A DNA stretch of 64,000 bases from Bacteroidaceae bacterium. Its GTDB lineage: Bacteria; Bacteroidota; Bacteroidia; Bacteroidales; Barnesiellaceae_A. The DNA lies in the NCBI GenBank assembly GCA_017532725.1, contig JAFXIZ010000019.1, forward strand, positions 6,525-70,524, in the 5' to 3' direction. The translations under genes were made by a program, and so were the position numbers. Shown here piece after piece: positions 9,332 to 17,384 of the stretch; within the stretch, counting starts at the first letter, position 1; every line of letters starts with the position of its first letter. A model generated the notes under the pieces. The model was not told the origin of the DNA, did not search any database, and saw only the letters and a list, made by a program, of their open reading frames with translations.

Positions 9332-10198
9332 ATGAAGAATCTACTATATAACATACTGATATTGGTGTCGCTTGCTCTTATGGTGGTAGGCATACAGTCC
9401 TGCTCGGATGAGTTGCCTGATGTGGGTGATGTTGAGGTTAGTTTTTCAGCCACAATTCCTGTATCTACTATGCGCTCATTCGGTACGGCCGAGAAGATCA
9501 ATACCCTTGTGGTGGGAGTATTCAGGAAAAGTGTATCTGATGAACATACTGACAATGTGAACTATAATGAAATATACCGTAAGTCGTTTCCCATAGATGG
9601 CTGTTCGGCCGATGTACAACTTACGTTACCTCAAAATCAGACATACAGTTTTGTCTTTTGGGCGTATGATTGTAATTTGAATGTTTACAATATAGATGAT
9701 ATGACAGCCATCAAAATGGAATTTGGGAAAGAGGTTAATGGTATATATCCTTCTGTGTCAATACAGCAGATGGAATCAATGGATGCTTTCTATGCAACTA
9801 TTGAAGATTGTGCTATCGCCGGAAATCGTAACTATTCAGTCGAACTCGTTCGCCCATTGGCGCAAGTTAATGTAGGGACTGCAGGCACACCTATGCGAGC
9901 GTCATTTACAGCCAAGTTGGCTCCTAACACGTTTCATCCTTTTACCAATACTGTAAGTGGTTCAACCAACTTAAATTGGACTTTCAGTGAAACTACAGCC
10001 GAAACCTTTTGGGCTGACAATAAGCAATATAACTACCTTGCAATGTGCTATCTGTTTGCGCCTGTTTCATCTACTACAATTGCAACAGAACTGAGCCTTA
10101 CCAATGGTGTGAACAGTAAGACGGTGGAATTTCCACAGGTCGAGATTGGGGCAAATCAAAGGAGTAATATAGCGGGGAGTTTTACAGAAATGGAGTAA
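9332..10198 (+). CDS. fimbrillin-family (type V pilin) lipoprotein
   Basis: Lipobox GIQSC (Cys24) and a candidate Arg-protease site VSTMR/SFG (Arg48). Pilin motifs YSFVFWAYD, DAFYAT and VRPLAQVNVGT are shared with the next gene. Confidence 0.6.
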   Translation: MKNLLYNILILVSLALMVVGIQSCSDELPDVGDVEVSFSATIPVSTMRSFGTAEKINTLVVGVFRKSVSDEHTDNVNYNEIYRKSFPIDGCSADVQLTLPQNQTYSFVFWAYDCNLNVYNIDDMTAIKMEFGKEVNGIYPSVSIQQMESMDAFYATIEDCAIAGNRNYSVELVRPLAQVNVGTAGTPMRASFTAKLAPNTFHPFTNTVSGSTNLNWTFSETTAETFWADNKQYNYLAMCYLFAPVSSTTIATELSLTNGVNSKTVEFPQVEIGANQRSNIAGSFTEME

Positions 10199-10257
10199 TA
10201 TGAATAAAAAAAGATAATGAAGATAAAAGTTTAGTATAACAATTTAATTTTACAAAG

Positions 10258-12699
10258 ATGAACAAGAAATTATTTTTCGGAATGTTGGCGGCATCGGGTA
10301 TGCTGTTTGCAACATCGTGTAATGATGAACTGGAAACAGTTCAGCCGGTGAATGATGACCAAGTGACTATTTCTCTAGGTCTTGAGGGTGGTATCGCCAC
10401 TCGTGCCATCAGTGATGGAGAGAGTGCCGATAAGTTGGTTTGTGCTATTTATGATGCAAACTTAAATCTGCTGAAAAATGTAAATATTAACGGTGAGTTA
10501 GTTGATGCTAATGGACAATATGTTACTGAATCGGCCTTTAAAAATGGTTTGACCGACAAAATTAACGTGTCATTGACCAAGGGGCAAACTTACACAATGG
10601 TGTTCTGGGCACAAAATCCCAATTGTGATGCTTATAACACCAATGATCTTACTGCCGTACAAGTAGATTACACAAACGGAGCAGATGGCGACGTTAACAA
10701 CGACGAAACTCGCGATGCATTCTATGCTACAAAAACTTTTACAGTTGAAGGTAATAAGGAGATAAATGTTACCTTGAAACGTCCTTTTGCTCAAATCAAT
10801 ATGGGTGTAACAAAGGAGGATTGGGAGGCTGCTGTTGCTTCGGGTATTACTATCGAGAAGTCGTCGGTAGTTATCAAGGAAGCAGCCACCTCTATAAACT
10901 TGCTTACAGGTAAGGTGGGTGACGAAACAACCGATGTTGTTGTAACATATAAAGAAAATGTCATACCTCAAGGCGAAAGATTGAAAGTCGATACTAATAA
11001 TGACGGTTTGTCAGAAGAGTTCTATTGGCTCTCTATGAGTTACATTTTGGTAGCTGATCACGACGATACTGAAGATGCAAACGGATTGTTGGGTACCGAT
11101 AAAGCACTTTTACAAGGCCTTAAATATACATTTATACCCACAAACGGCGCTCCTATCGTGTTTGAAGAGGGTCTTAATGGTGCCCCTGTACGTCGCAACT
11201 GGAGAACTAACATTCTTGGTAAGATTTTGACCGGTGACATTCAGTTCAATATTACTATTGACAAAGAGTACGACGGAGATTTTGTATATTCCGACGGAAC
11301 TCTTGAGCAAGAACTTGAATTTCTTACAACATTTGGTGGAACATATAACTTGGAAAATGATATCACTGTTTCTAACCTGAATGTGAGAGCCGATTTCATT
11401 CTTAACTTTGAAAATAATGCAACCCTTACTGCCGGCACAACTACTGATTATGCTATTTCTGTTACTAACGGAACAGCCACCATTAACGGTGAAGGTGGTA
11501 CCATAAACTCGAATTGTGGTGGTATTGAAGTAACAAATGGCGCAAACTTAATCTACAACGGTGGTAAATTAGATATTAATAGTGCCAATGCAGGTGGTAG
11601 TTATCTGTTCAGCCTTGTAGATGCCGGAAGTACAGCAACTATCACAGGTGGTGAATTTGGTCTTGAAAACACACCCGATCAAGAGTGTGCTTATATCTAT
11701 GCCGGTACAGGTACTACTGTGTATGTAACCGGTGGTACATTCGGAAAACCTTCGACAAATAGTGAATATGCAGCCGGTATTGTTGGCGACGGTAATGTGA
11801 TTATATCGGGTGGAATTTTTGATTTCGATCCTTCTGCTTGGGTTGCTTCAGGATATCACGCTGTTAAATGTGGTGGAAAATGGTATGTTGTAGAAGAACA
11901 TGTTACTCCTATTTCAAATACTGCCGAGTTTGAAGCAGCACTTGAGTATAGTGGAACAATAGTGCTTATGTCTGATTTTACCCTTGATGAATCTCTTTTG
12001 TTTGATAATCCCGACGTAGATATTCGTTTAGATATGAATGGAAAGACCATTACTACCGTAAATGATCCTAGCATTAATCCGGTTTTCTTTTTGAAAAGAA
12101 ATGTTAATGGATATTTTGTTATAGAAGGTAATGGTACAGTAAATATTACTAATCCATCTACAACTTTGCTTGTGCCTCATGGTAACGTTGTTATCGAAAA
12201 TGGTACTTTTATAAGAAGTGTTCCTGACGGAACTCCCGCCAATAAGGTTGCAGGTATGATTGATGCTTATACTGGTGACTTTGAAACAGTAGTAACTATC
12301 AATGGTGGTTACTTTGATGGTGGTTATTATGATGATAATGCAGATCCCGGTAAATTCAGCGAAACAGCTGCTGATGTAGCCAATCGTAATAGCAGTAAAG
12401 ATGCAAATTTGACCCGAGTTGCGTATAAAAACAATATAGATAAGTTGCTCAATAAAAGTTCTAATAATCTTTATGTTTACGGTGGTACTTTTGTTGGTGC
12501 CAATCCTGCTTGGGGTGATGAGGGCTGTATGCTGCCTACTACACCCGATTATCTTCGTCCTTGGTCATTTTATCAAGGAGCTTTCCTTGATGGTCAAGTA
12601 TTCCATAATGATAAGATTGAATTGCCTGAGGCCTATACTATTAGTGAGAGTACAACTCAAGACGGAAGACCTGTATATACTGTAACATACAAAAAGTAA
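10258..12699 (+). CDS. type V pilin domain fused to a duplicated GGxF-repeat (beta-helix-like) C-terminal passenger; putative tip adhesin
   Basis: Lipobox FATSC (Cys21) and IATR/AIS (Arg49). The N-terminal ~340 aa are paralogous to the 288-aa pilin (YTMVFWAQN, DAFYAT, KRPFAQINMGV). The remaining ~470 aa form two modules carrying ITGGEFG, VTGGTFGKP, ISGGIFDFDPSAW, INGGYFDGG and VYGGTFVGANPAW. Confidence 0.6.
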   Translation: MNKKLFFGMLAASGMLFATSCNDELETVQPVNDDQVTISLGLEGGIATRAISDGESADKLVCAIYDANLNLLKNVNINGELVDANGQYVTESAFKNGLTDKINVSLTKGQTYTMVFWAQNPNCDAYNTNDLTAVQVDYTNGADGDVNNDETRDAFYATKTFTVEGNKEINVTLKRPFAQINMGVTKEDWEAAVASGITIEKSSVVIKEAATSINLLTGKVGDETTDVVVTYKENVIPQGERLKVDTNNDGLSEEFYWLSMSYILVADHDDTEDANGLLGTDKALLQGLKYTFIPTNGAPIVFEEGLNGAPVRRNWRTNILGKILTGDIQFNITIDKEYDGDFVYSDGTLEQELEFLTTFGGTYNLENDITVSNLNVRADFILNFENNATLTAGTTTDYAISVTNGTATINGEGGTINSNCGGIEVTNGANLIYNGGKLDINSANAGGSYLFSLVDAGSTATITGGEFGLENTPDQECAYIYAGTGTTVYVTGGTFGKPSTNSEYAAGIVGDGNVIISGGIFDFDPSAWVASGYHAVKCGGKWYVVEEHVTPISNTAEFEAALEYSGTIVLMSDFTLDESLLFDNPDVDIRLDMNGKTITTVNDPSINPVFFLKRNVNGYFVIEGNGTVNITNPSTTLLVPHGNVVIENGTFIRSVPDGTPANKVAGMIDAYTGDFETVVTINGGYFDGGYYDDNADPGKFSETAADVANRNSSKDANLTRVAYKNNIDKLLNKSSNNLYVYGGTFVGANPAWGDEGCMLPTTPDYLRPWSFYQGAFLDGQVFHNDKIELPEAYTISESTTQDGRPVYTVTYKK

Positions 12700-12743
12700 T
12701 AAATTACCTTCCCGTTTTATAAATAGAAGGGAGTTTGTAATGT

Positions 12744-12782
12744 GAGGCCGTGTCAAAATAAAATTTTGGCTCGGCCTCTTTT
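12744..12782 (+). terminator. rho-independent terminator of the pilus operon
   Basis: GC-rich stem gaggccg (12744-12750) / cggcctc (12772-12778) followed by TTTT. Confidence 0.7.
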
Positions 12783-12850
12783 AGTTACTTAAATTTGATA
12801 TATTTTCTATAGGGTAAAAGTATTAGTTATTGGCCCTACCCCATAAACGC

Positions 12851-12884
12851 CACACGCGATAGCCGATGGAGGCTATCGCGTGTG
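12851..12884 (-). terminator. strong hairpin downstream of rng (possible terminator, no clear U-tract)
   Basis: Perfect 14-bp stem cacacgcgatagcc / ggctatcgcgtgtg with a 6-nt loop, 22 nt past the rng stop. Confidence 0.45.
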
Positions 12885-12905
12885 TGTACTTTAAGAGAGA
12901 GGTAT

Positions 12906-14489
12906 TTATTTGTGTTTTATCTCAACCTCTTCTTGCAGGTCAATTTCGTTACGGTCTTTGTCGAAGAATCGATATTCGAGCAGAGCCAGCGATTGGTCGG
13001 GGATAATCTTGAAACGGAATGAGTATTTGCGTTTCCATTGCCATTTCAGCGAGAATAATCCTCCTTTGTCAATATAGGCAGCCACATAAGGATGCAAATG
13101 CAGCTTGAAGTCGTTTTTCTTGAGTTGTAGTACCATATATGCTATCTTGTCCTCCAGACGGTCGGTGAATAGCATAGAAGGTTGTATAGAGCCTTTGCCG
13201 TGGCAGGTGGGGCACTCCTCGCTTGTAGTAATGTCGAGGGCAGGTCTTACGCGTTGGCGAGTGATTTGCATCAGTCCGAATTTTGTAAGGGGCAGTATGT
13301 TGTGACGAGCCCTATCGGTAGCCATCAGTTCGCGCATACGGTCGTAGAGGCGTTGTCGGTTTTCGGCTTCGTTCATATCGATGAAGTCGATGACAATGAT
13401 ACCTCCCATATCGCGCAGACGCAATTGTCGTGCTATCTCCTCGGCGGCATTAAGGTTTACTTCAATGGCATTACTCTCTTGGTTGGTGGCGTTTTTAGAA
13501 CGATTGCCACTGTTTACGTCTATAACGTGCAAGGCTTCGGTGTGTTCTATAATGATATATGCTCCACTCTTGAACGATACAGTCTTGCCAAATGAAGATT
13601 TAACTTGTTTTGTCAACCCGAAATTGTCGAAAATAGGTAATTCACCTTCGTACAACTTAACGATACCTTGCAATTCGGGGGCAATGATGCTTACATAGTT
13701 GTGAATTTGCTGATATGTAGCCCTGTCATTTACATATATATTCTCGAACGATGGGCTGAATATATCGCGCAACATTCCTACTGCACGGCTGGTCTCTTCG
13801 TAGATTATAGCCGGTGCTTTTTCTTTGCGACGGGCATATTCGAGGCTCTCTTCCCAACTTTTTACGAGCGACTTCATCTCGTTGTTAAGTTCGGCTACGC
13901 GCTTGCCTTCGGCTACTGTGCGCACTATGACACCGAAATTCTTGGGCTTGATGCTCTGTATGAGTTGTCGCAGTCGAGCGCGTTCTTCGCTCGATTTGAT
14001 TTTTTGTGATACAGATACTTTGTCGGCAAAGGGTATAAGTACCAAGAATCGACCGGCAAAAGAAATCTCGGCTGTGAGTCGAGGGCCTTTGGTCGAAATG
14101 GGCTCTTTGGTAATCTGTACAAGAATCTCTTGTCCGACCGAGAGTGCATCTGTAATGGAACTCTCTTTATCGAGAGGCTTCTGCATTGTGAATTTCGATA
14201 GTGGGATATTCTTTTTCCCTTCACCACGTTGTGTCTTGGTGTAAACTGCCGACGTTGTGAAATAGGGACCCAAATCGAGGTAATGCAGGAATGCATCCTT
14301 TTCGTAACCTACATCGACAAATGCTGCATTCAGACCCGGCATCAACTTCTTGACCCGCCCCAAATATATGTTGCCTACGGCATACGATATATTGTGAGGT
14401 TCCTTCTGCAATTCTACGAGGCGTTTGTCCTCAAGAAGTGCAATAGAAACTTCTTTGGGTTGTACGTCAACTACGAGTTCCGATGACAT
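12906..14489 (-). CDS. rng: ribonuclease G/E family (Rne/Rng)
   Basis: N-terminal S1 domain (GNIYLGRVKKLMPGLNAAFVDVGYEKDAFLH). Catalytic-core motifs IIIEHTEALHVIDVNSG and GGIIVIDFIDM. Confidence 0.92.
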   Translation of the reverse strand: MSSELVVDVQPKEVSIALLEDKRLVELQKEPHNISYAVGNIYLGRVKKLMPGLNAAFVDVGYEKDAFLHYLDLGPYFTTSAVYTKTQRGEGKKNIPLSKFTMQKPLDKESSITDALSVGQEILVQITKEPISTKGPRLTAEISFAGRFLVLIPFADKVSVSQKIKSSEERARLRQLIQSIKPKNFGVIVRTVAEGKRVAELNNEMKSLVKSWEESLEYARRKEKAPAIIYEETSRAVGMLRDIFSPSFENIYVNDRATYQQIHNYVSIIAPELQGIVKLYEGELPIFDNFGLTKQVKSSFGKTVSFKSGAYIIIEHTEALHVIDVNSGNRSKNATNQESNAIEVNLNAAEEIARQLRLRDMGGIIVIDFIDMNEAENRQRLYDRMRELMATDRARHNILPLTKFGLMQITRQRVRPALDITTSEECPTCHGKGSIQPSMLFTDRLEDKIAYMVLQLKKNDFKLHLHPYVAAYIDKGGLFSLKWQWKRKYSFRFKIIPDQSLALLEYRFFDKDRNEIDLQEEVEIKHK

Positions 14490-14550
14490 AATTTGTATTA
14501 TTGGTTACTTGGGGAACATTATGATAGGCTTGTCCCCCATTGAGCCTTTT

Positions 14551-14605
14551 AGAAAAATTAAAAAGAACAAACTTATGACGAAACAATCAATAAGTTTGTT
14601 CTTTT
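14551..14605 (-). terminator. rho-independent terminator after hup and the small basic ORF
   Basis: Perfect 16-bp stem (14561-14576 / 14590-14605). On the minus strand it is followed by TAATTTTTCT. Confidence 0.7.
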
Positions 14606-14654
14606 CGACGATTGCACTTGAAAGTTTTGTCAATCAAAAGAATAGAAATAATTC

Positions 14655-14744
14655 TTATTTCTTCTTATGACGATTCTTTCTGAGTCTTTTTTTGCGTTTG
14701 TGAGTGGCCATCTTGTGACCTTTTCTTTTTTTACCGTTAGGCAT
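14655..14744 (-). CDS. 29-aa Lys/Arg-rich protein, bS22 / AURKAIP1-COX24-like (not in the ORF track)
   Basis: ATG 14744 to TAA 14655 translates to MPNGKKRKGHKMATHKRKKRLRKNRHKKK. By hand count, 16 of 29 residues are K/R and none are acidic. It lies 35 nt downstream of hup and upstream of a strong terminator. Confidence 0.55.
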   Translation of the reverse strand: MPNGKKRKGHKMATHKRKKRLRKNRHKKK

Positions 14745-14779
14745 AGTTTTATGTTTTAAAAGTTAAATATTTCCACTTA

Positions 14780-15052
14780 TTATTTTACCTCGTTCATAAA
14801 AGTTTTGGCGGGTTTGAACGCGGGAATATTGTGTGCGGGTATGATAATAGTAGTTTTCTGTGATATGTTGCGAGCAGTCTTTTGAGCGCGTTGCTTAACG
14901 ATGAAACTACCAAAGCCTCTCAAATATACGTTCTCACCTTTACCCAAAGACTCTTTTACTGTCTCCATAAATTTCTCTACTGTTTCAAGAACTACTACTT
15001 TCTCAATACCTGTGCTTTTAGAAATCTCGTTTACGATGTCAGCTTTTGTCAT
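14780..15052 (-). CDS. hup: HU family DNA-binding protein
   Basis: 90 aa. MTKADIVNEISKSTGI...LRGFGSFIVKQRAQKTARNISQ...IPAHNIPAFKP is the classic HU/IHF fold signature. Confidence 0.95.
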   Translation of the reverse strand: MTKADIVNEISKSTGIEKVVVLETVEKFMETVKESLGKGENVYLRGFGSFIVKQRAQKTARNISQKTTIIIPAHNIPAFKPAKTFMNEVK

Positions 15053-15104
15053 TGTTGTACGTTTTACGATTATATTAATATGTTTTTTCTAATTTTTTGA
15101 ATTG

Positions 15105-15135
15105 CAAATATATGGCTTTTTTATTGTTTTTCAAA
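15105..15135 (-). promoter_or_regulatory. Bacteroidetes sigma-A promoter of hup (-33 TTTG, 19-nt spacer, -7 TATATTTG)
   Basis: The minus strand reads TTTG (15135-15132), a 19-nt spacer, then TATATTTG (15112-15105). The box lies 52 nt upstream of the hup ATG. Confidence 0.55.
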
Positions 15136-15253
15136 AACATATCTCCAAAAAAACTGCTTCGGAGTATATATTCTTGCTCTCTATCTGCAAAACGGTTGCA
15201 AATATCGTGATTTTTTTCGATTTAAACTATATTTTGCCCCTATTTTTAGACAT

Positions 15254-16651
15254 TTATTTTGGTATTTTTTCGCAATAGTAGTCGTATAGGCTCATTACTT
15301 CGCGCACATAGGTGGTTGTTTGCCTTCCTCCGAAGTAGCCAAAGCGACATACTTCATCGTTGAAATAGGCCGGATTGCCCTTCATCAGCATCGCTTCTTC
15401 TACCTCGCCATACCACTGTTGTGTGTTTTTGCCATATTTGTCGGCAAGTGCAAGTGCATCGAATACGTGTCCTATGCCGCAGTTGTATGCTGCAATAATG
15501 AATTTCAGGCGTTCGCTTTGGTCGTTAATGCGTTGCAGGCTGTTTTCCAACGATTTAATTGATTTAACGGCTGCCTCTACATTGGGTGCCGGTAGGGCTA
15601 TGCTATCCATACCCAACCCGAATGCTGCTGCTGTGGCCGGCATCAGTTGCATAATGCCTCTTGCTCCTGCCCACGATATGACCGATGGGTCGAATCGTGA
15701 CTCGTGGTAGGCTATAGAGGCTAATAGTCGCCAATCCCAACCAATCTTGGCGGCTTCCGATTTGAATATCTCGTCGTATTCCGATATGCGCCCTTGTGCG
15801 ATAGAGAGAATGGTAGATGATGAATGTCGCTTACTTGACTCGAAATATCGTTGTGATATGGCTTTTATCTCTTCTGTATCCTTGTTTCGCGCTGTCCATT
15901 CATCGATGGCTTGTGCCAATAGTGGTGTGTCGTTGCGCACTGCCCATTGCGAGCGTTGTGGAAAACTTACGGGCAGATATATGTCGATGTTGTTGTAATA
16001 GGTGCGATTGCGCCGAGCCAATGTTTCATCGGCAAGTGTAAAAGGAATTTCGCCTTTCGATACCATCTCTATGAGGTCTTCGGTAACAATAGTATCACGA
16101 TTGATGCAATGTATGTTGATGCCTCCACCCAACTCTTTGTTCAGGTTGTTGATGCGCTCCTCGTATTTGCTGCCTCGTTCCACATAAACATCTTTGCCAA
16201 CCAATTCCACAACATCCGATATGGGGTCTTTGTCGGATTGTACAACCACTTGTGCGTTGATGCGCTCGGGACCGCAATGTAGCAGTGTTGTCTTGGTGTC
16301 GCCTGTAATGGGTATGTCGAATGCAATAAGGTCGCCTACGCTGTCGAGCAGCATTTCGGTAAGTTGTGACATATTGTGAGCCACAATAATTTTCAACTCT
16401 ACACCCAAGTCATCGGCCAAACGCTTGGCTAACTCATATTCGTAGCCTCGCTCTTCACCTTTATATATAAAATATGAAGTGGAACTCGATAAGGTGAGAA
16501 CGCGCAACTCTCCCCTACTCTTTATTGAGTCGAGGTCGTAGCCGGCTTCGGGGTTTTTATTGCTACTGTGCAGGTTACAACTGCTTGTACCTATGATTAT
16601 GGCAAGGAACAGTAGCAGTGTTGTAAGGTAGTGTCCTTTGTTTCGTGGCAT
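15254..16651 (-). CDS. mltF: MltF-like lytic transglycosylase (solute-binding family 3 domain + SLT domain), lipoprotein
   Basis: Lipobox IIGTSSC after MPRNKGHY. SLT motifs AYHESRFDP and GIMQLMPATA. ATG at 16651 is preferred over the track start at 16687. Confidence 0.85.
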   Translation of the reverse strand: MPRNKGHYLTTLLLFLAIIIGTSSCNLHSSNKNPEAGYDLDSIKSRGELRVLTLSSSTSYFIYKGEERGYEYELAKRLADDLGVELKIIVAHNMSQLTEMLLDSVGDLIAFDIPITGDTKTTLLHCGPERINAQVVVQSDKDPISDVVELVGKDVYVERGSKYEERINNLNKELGGGINIHCINRDTIVTEDLIEMVSKGEIPFTLADETLARRNRTYYNNIDIYLPVSFPQRSQWAVRNDTPLLAQAIDEWTARNKDTEEIKAISQRYFESSKRHSSSTILSIAQGRISEYDEIFKSEAAKIGWDWRLLASIAYHESRFDPSVISWAGARGIMQLMPATAAAFGLGMDSIALPAPNVEAAVKSIKSLENSLQRINDQSERLKFIIAAYNCGIGHVFDALALADKYGKNTQQWYGEVEEAMLMKGNPAYFNDEVCRFGYFGGRQTTTYVREVMSLYDYYCEKIPK

Positions 16652-16744
16652 AATCTCTATTGTATTCAACAAAAAGAGGGAGTGCAAAACCTATATTTTG
16701 CATCCCTCTTATTCATTTGGTTGGTAATGTGCTGTTGTGTGTTG

Positions 16745-17355
16745 TTATCTGTTGAGTTTGTGCGATATATAATCTTTCATCATATCGATAGCAACTTGAT
16801 TATGACCACCTTGAGGGATAATAAGGTCGGCATAACGTTTGGTAGGCTCAATAGTTGCAGGTGCATAGGACGCAATATGCGTTCGTAACGCTCTATCACC
16901 ATTTCTACCGTACGGCCACGCTCAATGATGTCGCGATTGATAACTCGTATTAGTCGTTCATCGCTGTCGGCATCAACAAAAATCTTCATATCGAGCATAT
17001 CGCGCAAGGCCGGGTCGCACAAGATGAGTATGCCCTCTACAATAACTATGTCGCGAGGCTCAACGTGGATGGTTTCGGGTTGTCGGGTACAAGTGAGATA
17101 AGAATATGTGGGTTGCTCGATGGCTTTACCTGCCTTGAGTTGTTGCAACTGCTCGACAAGTAATTCCCATTCTATCGCAGCCGGCTCGTCAAAGTTGAGT
17201 TTGAGTCGTTCCTCAAGGGGCAGATGACTGCTATCTCTGTAATAAGAGTCTTGTGGAATTACTGCTACTTCGCCGTCGCAAAAACTCTCTACAATCTTGC
17301 GAACAACAGTTGTCTTTCCCGAGCCGGTACCTCCGGCAATTCCGATAACCAACAT
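16745..17355 (-). pseudogene. udk: uridine kinase, disrupted by a missing nucleotide near 16853-16854
   Basis: The N-terminus is normal (IGIAGGTGSGKTT...RPMHLQ). After CAA (16855-16857) only 2 nt (CT) precede ATT GAG CCT ACC... This second frame encodes the expected [35 protein letters not shown] ending at 16745. The span is 611 nt, and 612 would be needed. Confidence 0.85.
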
Positions 17356-17384
17356 AATGTGTAGAATTTTGAATTATATGTAGT

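Noticed and set aside
16631-16888. An 85-aa plus-strand ORF spanning the mltF/udk junction.
   Set aside because: It overlaps the mltF start and the restored udk C-terminus on the opposite strand. Its sequence is hydrophobic and low-complexity, so it is spurious.
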